In this document: positions 46,915 through 56,211 of the stretch, one piece after another
Numbering within the stretch: position 1 is the first letter of the stretch
Layout of the letters: each line of letters starts with the position of its first letter
Program-made: the position numbers and the translations under genes
Notes under the pieces: generated by a model
The model's input: only the letters and a program-made list of their open reading frames with translations
Database searches by the model: none
Told to the model about the DNA's origin: nothing
Origin: an uncultured Collinsella sp.
GTDB lineage: Bacteria > Actinomycetota > Coriobacteriia > Coriobacteriales > Coriobacteriaceae
Assembly (NCBI GenBank): GCA_900757235.1
Contig: CAAENB010000024.1
Location: 1-56,211 of the forward strand
Length of the DNA stretch: 56,211 nt
Reading direction: 5' to 3'

Positions 46915-47381
46915 GTGGGTGCCAAGCTCTACTTTGCTGGCCATCTGGTTCAGCTAGCTGGCATTGTGGTCGGCGTGCGCGGCGCCCTTGCCCATGCCAA
47001 CTGGGACTTTTCGGCAAAGCGCGAGGGATATCTTGCCCGTGCCGTGCACCCGGGCAACTTCAGCGCCGTTACGGGCGCCTGCCAGATGGTCCGTCGCGAC
47101 GTTTATGAACGGGTTGAAGGCTGCGACGAGAAGTTTGCCGTCGGTTTTAACGATGCGGATTTTTGCCTGCGCGTATGGGGGCTACCGCACCATCTTTACA
47201 CCTTATGCTGAGCTGCACCACTACGAGTTCACTTCGCGCAGCAGGGAAGAGGCCAGCGAGGAAAAGCTGCGCCGTTGGAAGCGCGAGCAGGCACTGTTTA
47301 TGCAGCACTGGCTGGAGTTCTTCTTGACGGGTGATCCGTGGCTGGGGCCGAACCTTAGCAGCGAGTGCGTGTATGGTGCGC
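46915..47381 (+). pseudogene. Diverged, frameshifted copy of the 3' end of the 828-aa glycosyltransferase
   Basis: Aligns with about 42902-43368 (GAKLYF...GPNLS); small deletion near 47175 shifts the frame; no 5' part. Confidence 0.9.
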
Positions 47382-47629
47382 TGAAAATTACTGTGCTTGT
47401 TCTGGCTTGTTGCTAGGCGTAGCGCGCGTCCCGCCGGTTGAGAAGCTCGCAGTAGTTCGACACCGCCTCTACCTGCGGCGCCTGCTCCTGCGGCTCCTCC
47501 GGCTGCCCTTGCTGCCCTGCGGCTTACCATCCTACTCACCCACGTATGACTCCCGTGCCCCGAGCGGGCAAAAGGAAATGCCCACAACGTCTCCGTTGCG
47601 GGCATTCTCCGGGCCGGCCACAAATAGCT

Positions 47630-49462
47630 TTATCGAATCCGATTGCTCTTCATCATCCGGATCGTTGGCGTCTCGTCGGCAAAGTCATCGTCTATCTGTA
47701 GTTCAAGGGGCACCGTAATGGAGCTTCCCAGCGCGGTCGCGGTTCCCGGGGCGAATGCGGGAAGGCGCATGACCTGGCCATTTGATATGGAAGGGACATT
47801 GCGGCGAACGTAATCGAGGTCGTAAGAGTTCTGGATGCGGTGGATTATGAAGGCTCCCGTCTGAGAGAGTACGACGCGGGAAAGCTCGCTGGGGATTTGG
47901 CTGATGACGGTAAGGTAAATACCAAACTTGCGGCCCTCCCGTGCAATTCGATTGAACACTGAGTCGTCTGTCAGGTCTGCATCCCTGATATAGCGATGCG
48001 CCTCGTCAAAAATGAGATAGACGGGTGTTGAGGAACCTCTTCCCGCATCTAGACTAGCCTGAAAGAGTGTACGCGCAACGTAGTGGGAGAACAACTTCAG
48101 TCCCGACTCGTCGATTATCTGAGAGACGTCTAGCACAAGAATGCCACGCCACTTGTTTAAGAGGGCTGCAATTGACTCGCCCCGCTCAAGTGAGAAGAGG
48201 TCATGCGAATACCTTTCCCTAAGGTTTCTAAGCTGAGTAACCAGCCCCTCTGAATACGACCTTATCTGACGGTTGCCCCGCACTTCTTCTTCATCGAACA
48301 CGAAGTCAAGCGCATCGACGACGTCAGAGATTGAGACCTCCCTTTCGGGTTTCTCGTAGCTGCACAAGATGCGCTCGACATTGGGAAGGCCGTTGGACAT
48401 GTATTCATCCTCTATGAACTCCTTCAAAAGGGACTCAAGCCCTTCGACGACATCTTTCGATATGTTTCCGTAATCCAAATTGAAGGACGCTAGCAAATTG
48501 TGAGCAGTCCGAGCACGAGAGTGGGGCTCAGATCGTTGTTCGCGAATCGCGTCAAGGTCTTTCTCGATCGGCTGGTAATACTTTGAGACCTGAAACTTCC
48601 TCGCTGCGTGGCTATCGATGCTCGTGTCCCGAATTGCGGTATATGCGAAGGCTGCAAATAGCTTCTTCTTGCCCTCTTCGTTGAGGTGGGAGTATCTCAC
48701 GGCCCTCTCAAGCAGAGGTTTCTGGATGCGTCGCGAGGGGTCGAGAATAGCTGACCAGTCATCCATCGACAACTCTCCAGGCGCGAGGTGGTACTCATCG
48801 GCATCGATTCGTCTCGTGCAGCCGTAACCGCCGCGCGTGAGAAAGTCATAATCACCGTGCAGGTCGAAGACGATGAATCGGGGCTCTGCATCGAACGCGT
48901 TCTCGGCATCTAAGAGCGACGCTACTCTATCAAGCAGGAGCCGCGCGGTTGAGGACTTTCCCGAGCCGGTATTACCGAGAATAGCGAGATGACCAGAGAA
49001 CAGAGAATCGATATCAAAAGTGGGTCTTACCGAATCGTATCCAGCGAGAGACCCAATCTCGACTCCTTCCCGTACGCAAAAGACCTTCTTGAGGATTGAT
49101 TCATCGCAAGCGTAGACATTGGAACCGACCATAGGGAGGTCTACTACGCCGGGAACGTAGGTAGACTTCTCAATCTCCCCAATGGGGGTGGCTGTGAAGA
49201 TGTAGCTCGTACTAAACCTCGACGACGGCTGGTCGGAATACGGTCTCTCGGCCTCTTCTGCGGAAACCACGCGGAAGATAACCTTGGTAGATATGGAGAG
49301 GTAGGCGAAGAGGTACTGGTTGAGCCCGTTCAAATGCCTGGGCTCGCCATTGAGCATACGATCGGAAAAGTCGGAACGCGACGCGCGGAGCCTTATCTTC
49401 TCTTGGTCCATGTAGCAAATAGTGCCTATCAGCCAACCCGGCTTGGGGACTCCGTTATTCAT
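47630..49462 (-). CDS. HerA/FtsK-family ATPase of a Sir2-HerA antiphage system
   Basis: GNTGSGKS, FDLHGDY, IFDEAH, IAREGRKFG, SQ.PSELS..VLSQ; start overlaps the sir2 stop (ATGAATAA). Confidence 0.88.
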   Translation of the reverse strand: MNNGVPKPGWLIGTICYMDQEKIRLRASRSDFSDRMLNGEPRHLNGLNQYLFAYLSISTKVIFRVVSAEEAERPYSDQPSSRFSTSYIFTATPIGEIEKSTYVPGVVDLPMVGSNVYACDESILKKVFCVREGVEIGSLAGYDSVRPTFDIDSLFSGHLAILGNTGSGKSSTARLLLDRVASLLDAENAFDAEPRFIVFDLHGDYDFLTRGGYGCTRRIDADEYHLAPGELSMDDWSAILDPSRRIQKPLLERAVRYSHLNEEGKKKLFAAFAYTAIRDTSIDSHAARKFQVSKYYQPIEKDLDAIREQRSEPHSRARTAHNLLASFNLDYGNISKDVVEGLESLLKEFIEDEYMSNGLPNVERILCSYEKPEREVSISDVVDALDFVFDEEEVRGNRQIRSYSEGLVTQLRNLRERYSHDLFSLERGESIAALLNKWRGILVLDVSQIIDESGLKLFSHYVARTLFQASLDAGRGSSTPVYLIFDEAHRYIRDADLTDDSVFNRIAREGRKFGIYLTVISQIPSELSRVVLSQTGAFIIHRIQNSYDLDYVRRNVPSISNGQVMRLPAFAPGTATALGSSITVPLELQIDDDFADETPTIRMMKSNRIR

Positions 49463-50730
49463 TCCCGTCACCAAGCCCCAGAGATCCAGATGCAGCATCG
49501 TCTCCGAAGGTGATTTCAGGCCCGATAAAGTCAGCGAATTCCGAGAAATACAGCGGACGCTTGGGCTTCGGATCCCTTTCGCTTGGATATACGAAATAGG
49601 CGTTCGCGCCACCTGCTCTGTCGTAGAAATCCCGTGTGGGGGAACCAATATCGGTCTCTGCTGGGTTGCCGACGAAGGCGAGAAGAGTGAAGTCAGGCCT
49701 CGCAAGAGCCTGCCTGATTAGGTTCGATATATGCGAGTCTGCAAAGCTGAATCCGCACGTCAGAAGAACGGTGTTGGGAACGGCGAGGATGTTTACGAAC
49801 TCGCGAAACATATCGCTATAAGGAGTGCCTTGCGTTAGGGCATATTTGGAAGTCATCGGGGCAATAAGCTGTTTGTCGCCTTGGTATTCGTCGGCGATGT
49901 CGGGAAACTTTGGGGCCCTTACGACGTTACCGTCATAGACCCTCCAGTTGATGGAGCCGTGCATCTTGTAAAGGCGGAAGAAGGGGTTCACCGGTTCGTA
50001 GTGGTCTCTGAACCTCTCATCGAGGTCAATCGGCCTGCGATGGTATTCCCGCGGGCTGAATGTGGGCATCAGCGCGTTCGAGAACCCGTCGACATAGGCG
50101 TAGTCGCTCGATTCAAGGGCCATCTCATGGAATAGGTCGTAGTTCGTGGTGAAGAGGTTGACAACATCGAAGGCAGCCTGCCCTCCGCGCGCAAGAATCT
50201 GGCGGGATATACCAAGTCCCTGAACGAATCTGCGGTAGCTATCGAGGACGTCTGAGTGTTCTGTGTTGTATTTTATATCGACGGACTCGAGAAAGGCCTT
50301 GCGAACTGCATCGGAAACCCTCTTGTCTTCATCGGCGCTATCTAGAGAGCCCTCGATGCGCTGACTCAGCCACGAAAGGAGGTTCTCGATGTTCGAGTAC
50401 TTCGCAGGGTCTTCGTTATCTCGACGTGCAATTTTGGTTATTCGACTTTCCAGAAGGGTAGATAGCTCGGGATCTTTGAGCTTGAGGTCCGCTCGCATGT
50501 TCCTGAAGGTTTCACCCATCAGGGGAATAGCCGGAGTAGATGCGCCTGAGCCGATAAGCGTGGCCAGGTTGATCGACCTGGAAAGAATGCCTTGGACAAA
50601 ATGTCGGGCTTCCGAGGCGTTTACCTCACGCCTTGTTGCACCCCTCTGCAAGATAAAAAGGGATGTGGGGGGATTCCTCCTGCACATCGGAGGGTGCGTC
50701 ATCCGGTATATTCATCGCGTTGTCAGACAT
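49455..50730 (-). CDS. SIR2-like (SIR2_2) NADase; best start at 50730 is out of frame across a C6 tract
   Basis: LIGSGAS, FTTNYD, KMHGSINW, GFSFADSHI; main frame includes ATG 50702; AGGGAG-preceded ATG at 50730. Confidence 0.85.
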
Positions 50731-51037
50731 GGTGTGCTCCCTATAAACTCAAAAACCTCTGCTCGAACGCGCCCGGGAACTGGAACATTCGCTCCTTGCC
50801 CCAGATACTCACCCACGTCATCACCACGCCGTCGTTGCAGACGTACTTGGTGTCCGCTGACGGCTCGATCCACTTACTCATGTCGTCTTCCGTCGCGTCG
50901 GGGTCATCGTCGTTGCGACCCTTGTACCCGCGCTCTGCAACTGCGTAACGTTCGAGGGACGGGAATCTTCTGCGATCGCCTAACTATTCCGTCGCCGTGT
51001 ATCATGTCCCTGTAAGCGGACTCGATAGGATTCATCC

Positions 51038-51262
51038 GTGCACGCCAGCGATGCCCTCATACAGACGGTCGCGACCGTCTGGGTTCCCATAACCCACATC
51101 GGGCCGGCCCTGGGCAAGGTCCCCAACTACATCAACAACTTGATCTCGCGCGGGCCGACTCCGCGCTGCGACACCATGGCCGCCATGCTCGGCGTCCGTG
51201 GCTACGCTCTCTGCGTGATCCTGCGCGAAGATGTCCCCGAGACGGTACTGTTTATTGATTAT
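51038..51262 (+). pseudogene. Small XRE/HTH-like regulator, probably degenerate
   Basis: THIG.ALGK..NY...ISRG.TP..DT.A.ML...GYAL pattern; reads through into the next gene without a nearby stop. Confidence 0.5.
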
Positions 51263-51318
51263 GGATTATCGTCATCGGGTACAATCGAAGAGCCTTTATA
51301 CAAACAGGAAGGGTATCT

Positions 51319-52134
51319 ATGCAGCTTTCTGAGCAGCTTCTTCATACGACGATACGAATTGAAGCATCGCTTCCCTCAGGAGAGTGCTCGGTTGGAACTG
51401 GTTTCTTTTTCAAATTCTGCGATGACGGCAAGACATTTGTTCCTGCCGTCGTGACCAACAAACATGTGGTCAAGGGCGGATATGAATACCGGGTCATCTT
51501 CTCGCGAGCCGACGAGAACGGCAACTTGCTCAATATAAACGAGCGGCTGACCATGCGTGGCTCGGATAGCGATTGGATTTCGCATCCAGACGAGAACGTG
51601 GACTTGTGTGTACTGCCTATTGGCCCTGCTCTCAACGGTTTTATCCAGGCGGGTAAGCATCTGCTCACTATACCGCTCAGTCTGGAGCTGCTTCCGACGA
51701 AGACGCTGATTAAAGACATGGGCTGCATGGAAGAAGTGACCATGATCGGGTACCCCAACGGCATCTGGGACGAGGCCAACAACTTGCCAATCGTGCGCAG
51801 GGGAATCACGGCGACTCCCTACAGATACGATTATCGGGGCGAGAAGGAATTCTTAGTGGACATGGCTTGCTACCCGGGTTCAAGCGGTTCCCCTGTCTTC
51901 CTGTACAACGAGGGAACCTATCTCGAGAATGGCGCGGTCGTCGTGGGAAGCAGACTCTATCTGTTGGGCATTCTACGCGCTGTTCCCATTAGAAACGTTC
52001 TCGGTGATATCACCGTATCTACGATTGCTCACGTAAACGTTCAAGACATGTTGAACTTGGGCATCGTCATCAAGTCCGAACGCCTGAAAGACTTCGACCC
52101 AATCTTGAGAGAGCGCTTGAGTGTTCCAGAATAA
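51319..52134 (+). CDS. Stand-alone trypsin-like serine protease, no signal peptide
   Basis: GTGFF, VTNKHVV (His), VDLC (Asp), IGYP, PGSSGSPV (Ser). Confidence 0.88.
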   Translation: MQLSEQLLHTTIRIEASLPSGECSVGTGFFFKFCDDGKTFVPAVVTNKHVVKGGYEYRVIFSRADENGNLLNINERLTMRGSDSDWISHPDENVDLCVLPIGPALNGFIQAGKHLLTIPLSLELLPTKTLIKDMGCMEEVTMIGYPNGIWDEANNLPIVRRGITATPYRYDYRGEKEFLVDMACYPGSSGSPVFLYNEGTYLENGAVVVGSRLYLLGILRAVPIRNVLGDITVSTIAHVNVQDMLNLGIVIKSERLKDFDPILRERLSVPE

Positions 52135-52342
52135 TATTTAGGTCGCCCGCCGCACGTGGCGTTGGCGCACCCGAGCGCTGCGGGCCTCGGTAGTCCGCGC
52201 CGAGTGCCGTCACCCGGCCTGTAGTGACCCTCACGTCATCGGTATGCCCGCGCCCCGGCCCTTCGCACACGGGTATGTCAGCGCCGCGGCCGGCGGGCGG
52301 CCAGCTGCCGGCCCGTTCGAAGCCCTACCTGAGTAGCTCGTT

Positions 52343-53693
52343 TGACCTGTATCGTTTTTTTCGGACACGCAGGCTGGAAGGACCGCGACACCGCGGTGCC
52401 TTAGACTGCATGTGGGCTGATAAACGAAAGGATTGCCGAATGGTCGCCAATCAGAAGAAGTACACCGACGGGATCAGGCGGGAGACCGCCGACTACGTCA
52501 TCTCGACAGGGTGCCCATAGCCCAGGCCTGCGACGAGCTCGGGCTCAACGCCAAGACGGTTAACGACTGGGCGCTCAAGCGCCGGCGCGAGCTCTCCGGC
52601 GAGCCCGACCCGAGAGCCGAGGACCGCGAGCTGCGCGAGGCCAAGAAGCGAATATGCGAGCTCAAGATGGAGAATGCGTTCCTAAAAAAGCCGCTGCCTT
52701 CTTCGCCAAAGAGAAGCACTCTAGCCAAGTGCGGGCTCGTGTTGCCGGAGAAAGGTAGCTTCGCGCTGACCATGATGGCCGGGGTGCTGGGGGGGGTGAG
52801 AAGGTCGGGCTACTGGAGCTGGGCATCGAACGGCTGCCCTGAGGACGACTGGTCCGAGGTCCACGACGCCGTGCGGCGCGTGTGGCTCGATCCGACAGGC
52901 GCTTCGAGGCCCGCTTCATGAGGTGCTTCCTGTCCGACGTGCCTCGGGGCACGACCCTCTACTGCGCCAGCAAGGGCCGGTACGGCTCGCGCTAGATGAA
53001 CGCGTCGCTCGATGGGTTGGCGTCGCCGCCACCCGCCGCCGTCAGCCGTCGCCGGGCCTTCCACATCATGAGGGGGAACGGCCTGGTCAGCGCATACGGC
53101 AGGAAGAGGTTCAAGGTGCACCCCGGGGCGGTCAACGAGGCCGACGTGCCCAACGTCGTCGCGCGCGGCTTCGGCGGCAGGGCGCCGCGCACCCATATAT
53201 GCAGCGACCTGACCTACGTGCGCGTCGGGGCCTCGTGGAACTACGTCTGCCTGCTCGTCGACCCCTGCAACAGGGAGATCGTCGGCCACTCCGCCGGGCC
53301 CAGGAAGGACGCCCGGCTGGTCAAGTCGGCGTTCGCGACGCCCTCCATCCCGATCCCGGACATCGAGGTGTTCCGCACGGGCCGCGGCAGCGAGTTCGAC
53401 AACGCCGAGATCGACCTGATGCTCGAGGCCTTCGGCATTGAGAGGTCGCTGTCGGCCAAGGGCTGCCCCTACGACAACGCCGTCGACGAGTCGACCAACA
53501 GGATACTGAAGGCCGGGCTCGTCCACCGCGAGACGTTCGGCACGACGCGCGAGCTCCGGGCCAAGCTCTCGGACTACGTGCACCGGTGCAACAACTTCAG
53601 GATCCACTCGACGCTGGGCTACATGTCGCCGGTCGAGTTCCGGAAGGCGGGGCTGTCCCTCCCGGAATCGTCCAAATAGGTGTTGCCAATCCA
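52343..53693 (+). mobile_element. Degraded IS3-family insertion sequence
   Basis: TG...CA ends (TGACCTGTATCG...GGAC / GTCCAAATAGGTGTTGCCAATCCA); orfA from 52440 and orfB (SDLTY, GCPYDNAV.ES, RIHSTLGYMSP) broken by several frameshifts. Confidence 0.85.
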
Positions 53694-54406
53694 ACCGCCT
53701 CTTTGATTATCAGCCGGGGCTATCTCGGCTTTTTTGATTGGGGCGGTTGTTATGTTGCTGAATCTTTAAGGGACGAAGATTGTTTTTCAAAGGCCCACGA
53801 TGTGCATCTGGTCACTCATATCTTTTCGAGACAGAACGATAAGAAGCTATATGATTCTCTTGTTTAAAGATGGTGAGTTCGATGATTCCCAGATTCCAAG
53901 AACTATTAGGTCTCTCCTAGATCCCTCTCTTCTTGCCCATTAGAAGATTCAAAGACGCGCGCGAGCGTTGCTTACTGGCGTTTGATTCATGAAGACCACG
54001 CTCTACTTTTCTTGAATGCGTTAGCCAGGCCACTCTTTCGATGAAGCCCCAGACGCCTCTGATACAAGCGAAACATTGGGGCATTTTGCTGTATTTCGCG
54101 GCTGCGTACACGCTTTCGTCGTCCGCCACGTGCTTAAACGAATTGCGTGCTTCAGTGGATTTTCGTGTCACTGGCGCTTGTGCTGTTTGGGGCGCCGCTA
54201 ATTGCTTCAAAAACTAGAGCTAACACTGTGTCTATAGAAGGACTGAAAAACAAAAGTTTGCTGAGAACGTAACCTGCTTTTTATAAGAGCAGATTTCCGT
54301 CTGCCTTTATAACAATTCCCGCGCTTCGAATAACTGGACTTCCGATGCAGAAGGGATTGTAAGATAATCTTCTCTTAGTAACATCATTTGTGACGGGGGA
54401 TTCGAT

Positions 54407-56211
54407 ATGAAAAAGGCATTGCGTGCCTCAACAGCTTTTTCTCTTGCTGGTCTTTTGACCATTTCATCCTTTATGGGCCCTGTGACTGCCGCCTACGCTG
54501 TGAGCAACGTCCCGTCTGCGGACGCTGCCGTGGACGCTGCGACTGCAGACAATGATGGCGTGGCCTCGCGTGATGCGGGCTCTGTCGATGTTGGCGCTGC
54601 AGATGACTCATCGTCGGCAACGAACGTTGACGAATCGGCTGATGAGGATTTTGGCGTTGATGTATCTGAGAACTATCAGCAGGCTGAACCGGTCGATTCT
54701 TCTTTCCAATATGTATATCTTGCCTCCCCGAGCCTTCCCAGCGGGACTGATCAGGTCGTTGCCTTTGCTACTCCCGATGACGACGATAGCCTTTCCTCCG
54801 CAACTCTCAACTATGTAAGTGCCAATGGGATTCAGGGGACTATTGAAGCATCTGGAACGGCTGACAATTCTGCTGCCTTTGTATTTGGCTCGACGTTGAA
54901 ATCCAATACTTACTTTCTGACTTCGATAACCTATGTTTTGCGGGCCGATGACTCTGAGCATGAGTTGGATCTTTCCGACAGGGATTATTCGTTTACGGTC
55001 GTTGATAGCTCCGTGAGCTCCGAGGGCACTTCTGTTTACTATGCAGACGGTGATGGCAATGCCGTTGAGGCTCAATCAATCCAGCAGGCGTTGGAATGCG
55101 CTGATTCGCCTGATGGAGTATCTACCTATGCTGAGCGCTCCGCGCGTAATGTGGGGGTTATTGCACTTGACGCCGGACATGGCGGGGTGGATTCTGGCGC
55201 TCAGGGTAATGGCAAGAGTGAAGCCGACCTTACCTGGAAGATCATGACAGCCTGCAAAAATAAACTTGAAGCTTACGGCTTTAAGATCGTTCTTGCGCGC
55301 GAGCAGTCTGGCTACTATCCCAGCAATGATTATCTTTATCGCGTACAGCGCTGCATTGATCAGGGCGCGCAGGCCTTTGTTAGCTTTCACATCAACTCTG
55401 GGTCTTCTGGAGCTCACGGCGCAGAAGTTTATGCTCCTACTGCAAATGGCACCGACTACACGCAGGTCTCTGTTGAGCTTGCCAACAAGGTCATGAACAA
55501 CCTTGCTGCTATGGGACTAACATACCGCGGCGTATTTCAAATGGAGGTAGGCGACGAGTTCGCCGTTATCCGCTGCGCTCGCGAGCAGGGAATTCCAGGT
55601 ATTCTTATCGAACATGGCTTTATCTCGAATTACGGTGATGTGGTCAACTATTTCTCGGACGATGGTTGCCGCCGTCTTGGCGAGGCTGACGCTGCCGCAA
55701 TCATCGCGCAGTTCCCGCATCCCTACTCCGTCAATGGAATTTCCTTCTCGGAAGAACTGGGACATGCGGGGTCAACGGTAAAAATCGGTGTAAATGTTAG
55801 CGGCAAGACTGATGGCCTTAGATATAAGTTTGTTTGGCATAGGGCTGGGTCTGATTGGAGTGATTCCAATTGGGGTGTAATCGGTCAAGACTTAACTTCG
55901 CCGTCGATTTCTTGGACCCTGCCCCAGGCTGGTGAATATGAGATCTATGCTGATGTCATTGACTCCAATGGGTATGTGACTAGCACTTCTAAATACAAAG
56001 TTGTTAATTGGTCTCTTGAGTCGCTCGAAGTCTCGGGCGACGCCCGCTGCGGCAAGCCGGTCAAGCTGCAGGCCAAGGTGTCCGGCGACGCCTCCGGCCT
56101 CAAGTACAAGTACGTCTGGGAGAAGGGCGGCTGGGCCAAGTGGGGCGTCGCCCAGCAGCCCTCCGCTTCCTCCTCCTGCGAGTGGACCCCGACCGAGCCG
56201 GGCGAGTACAC
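54407..56211 (+). CDS. Secreted N-acetylmuramoyl-L-alanine amidase (Amidase_3) with C-terminal beta repeats, 3' partial
   Basis: Absent from the ORF track because it has no stop in the window; MKKALR signal peptide, IALDAGHGG, FVSFHIN, ILIEHGFISN, repeats with YKFVW/YKYVW. Confidence 0.88.
   Translation, partial: MKKALRASTAFSLAGLLTISSFMGPVTAAYAVSNVPSADAAVDAATADNDGVASRDAGSVDVGAADDSSSATNVDESADEDFGVDVSENYQQAEPVDSSFQYVYLASPSLPSGTDQVVAFATPDDDDSLSSATLNYVSANGIQGTIEASGTADNSAAFVFGSTLKSNTYFLTSITYVLRADDSEHELDLSDRDYSFTVVDSSVSSEGTSVYYADGDGNAVEAQSIQQALECADSPDGVSTYAERSARNVGVIALDAGHGGVDSGAQGNGKSEADLTWKIMTACKNKLEAYGFKIVLAREQSGYYPSNDYLYRVQRCIDQGAQAFVSFHINSGSSGAHGAEVYAPTANGTDYTQVSVELANKVMNNLAAMGLTYRGVFQMEVGDEFAVIRCAREQGIPGILIEHGFISNYGDVVNYFSDDGCRRLGEADAAAIIAQFPHPYSVNGISFSEELGHAGSTVKIGVNVSGKTDGLRYKFVWHRAGSDWSDSNWGVIGQDLTSPSISWTLPQAGEYEIYADVIDSNGYVTSTSKYKVVNWSLESLEVSGDARCGKPVKLQAKVSGDASGLKYKYVWEKGGWAKWGVAQQPSASSSCEWTPTEPGEY

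Noticed and set aside
50712..50985. Minus-strand open stretch (RFPSLERYAVAERGYKG...WGKERMFQF) upstream of sir2 as a third defence gene
   Set aside because: An in-frame stop lies upstream, no convincing start and no recognisable motif; at most an unidentifiable remnant.
53700..54400. 97-aa minus ORF or a riboswitch upstream of the amidase
   Set aside because: No coding bias or recognisable aptamer motif; only a terminator-like hairpin near 53712-53736.

Overview
High-GC chromosomal window from a gut actinobacterium, most likely Coriobacteriia and Collinsella-like (inferred from gene content and protein style, not a database hit). 1-31 kb is mostly housekeeping: pncB, proB, pip, proA, carD-like, argS, a Rho with a ~430-aa disordered N-terminal extension, tRNA-His and tRNA-Lys, an IscU-like/GGGtGRT pair, and sufCBDSU with a divergent IscR-like regulator. 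Two REP-associated tyrosine transposases (RAYT) sit in this part, each with its own hairpin repeat family. 31-43 kb is a cell-surface locus with a sortase-anchored lysozyme-like protein and six GT2 glycosyltransferases. 43.4-54 kb is a decaying defence/toxin-antitoxin hotspot: AbiE with a truncated toxin, RhuM-Fic, a 19-aa Ibs-like peptide, Sir2-HerA, a trypsin-like protease, a degraded IS3 and a duplicated GT 3' end. A secreted amidase missing from the ORF track runs off the right edge. Main signals: (i) REP hairpins fused to host TAA stop codons around RAYT1; (ii) a second REP family bracketing the suf operon and encoding the SufU C-terminus; (iii) a possible homopolymer frameshift in sir2; (iv) a candidate type I toxin with a sequestered RBS; (v) 177-bp tRNA-Lys-linked repeats. 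All calls come from reading the sequence; no searches were run.
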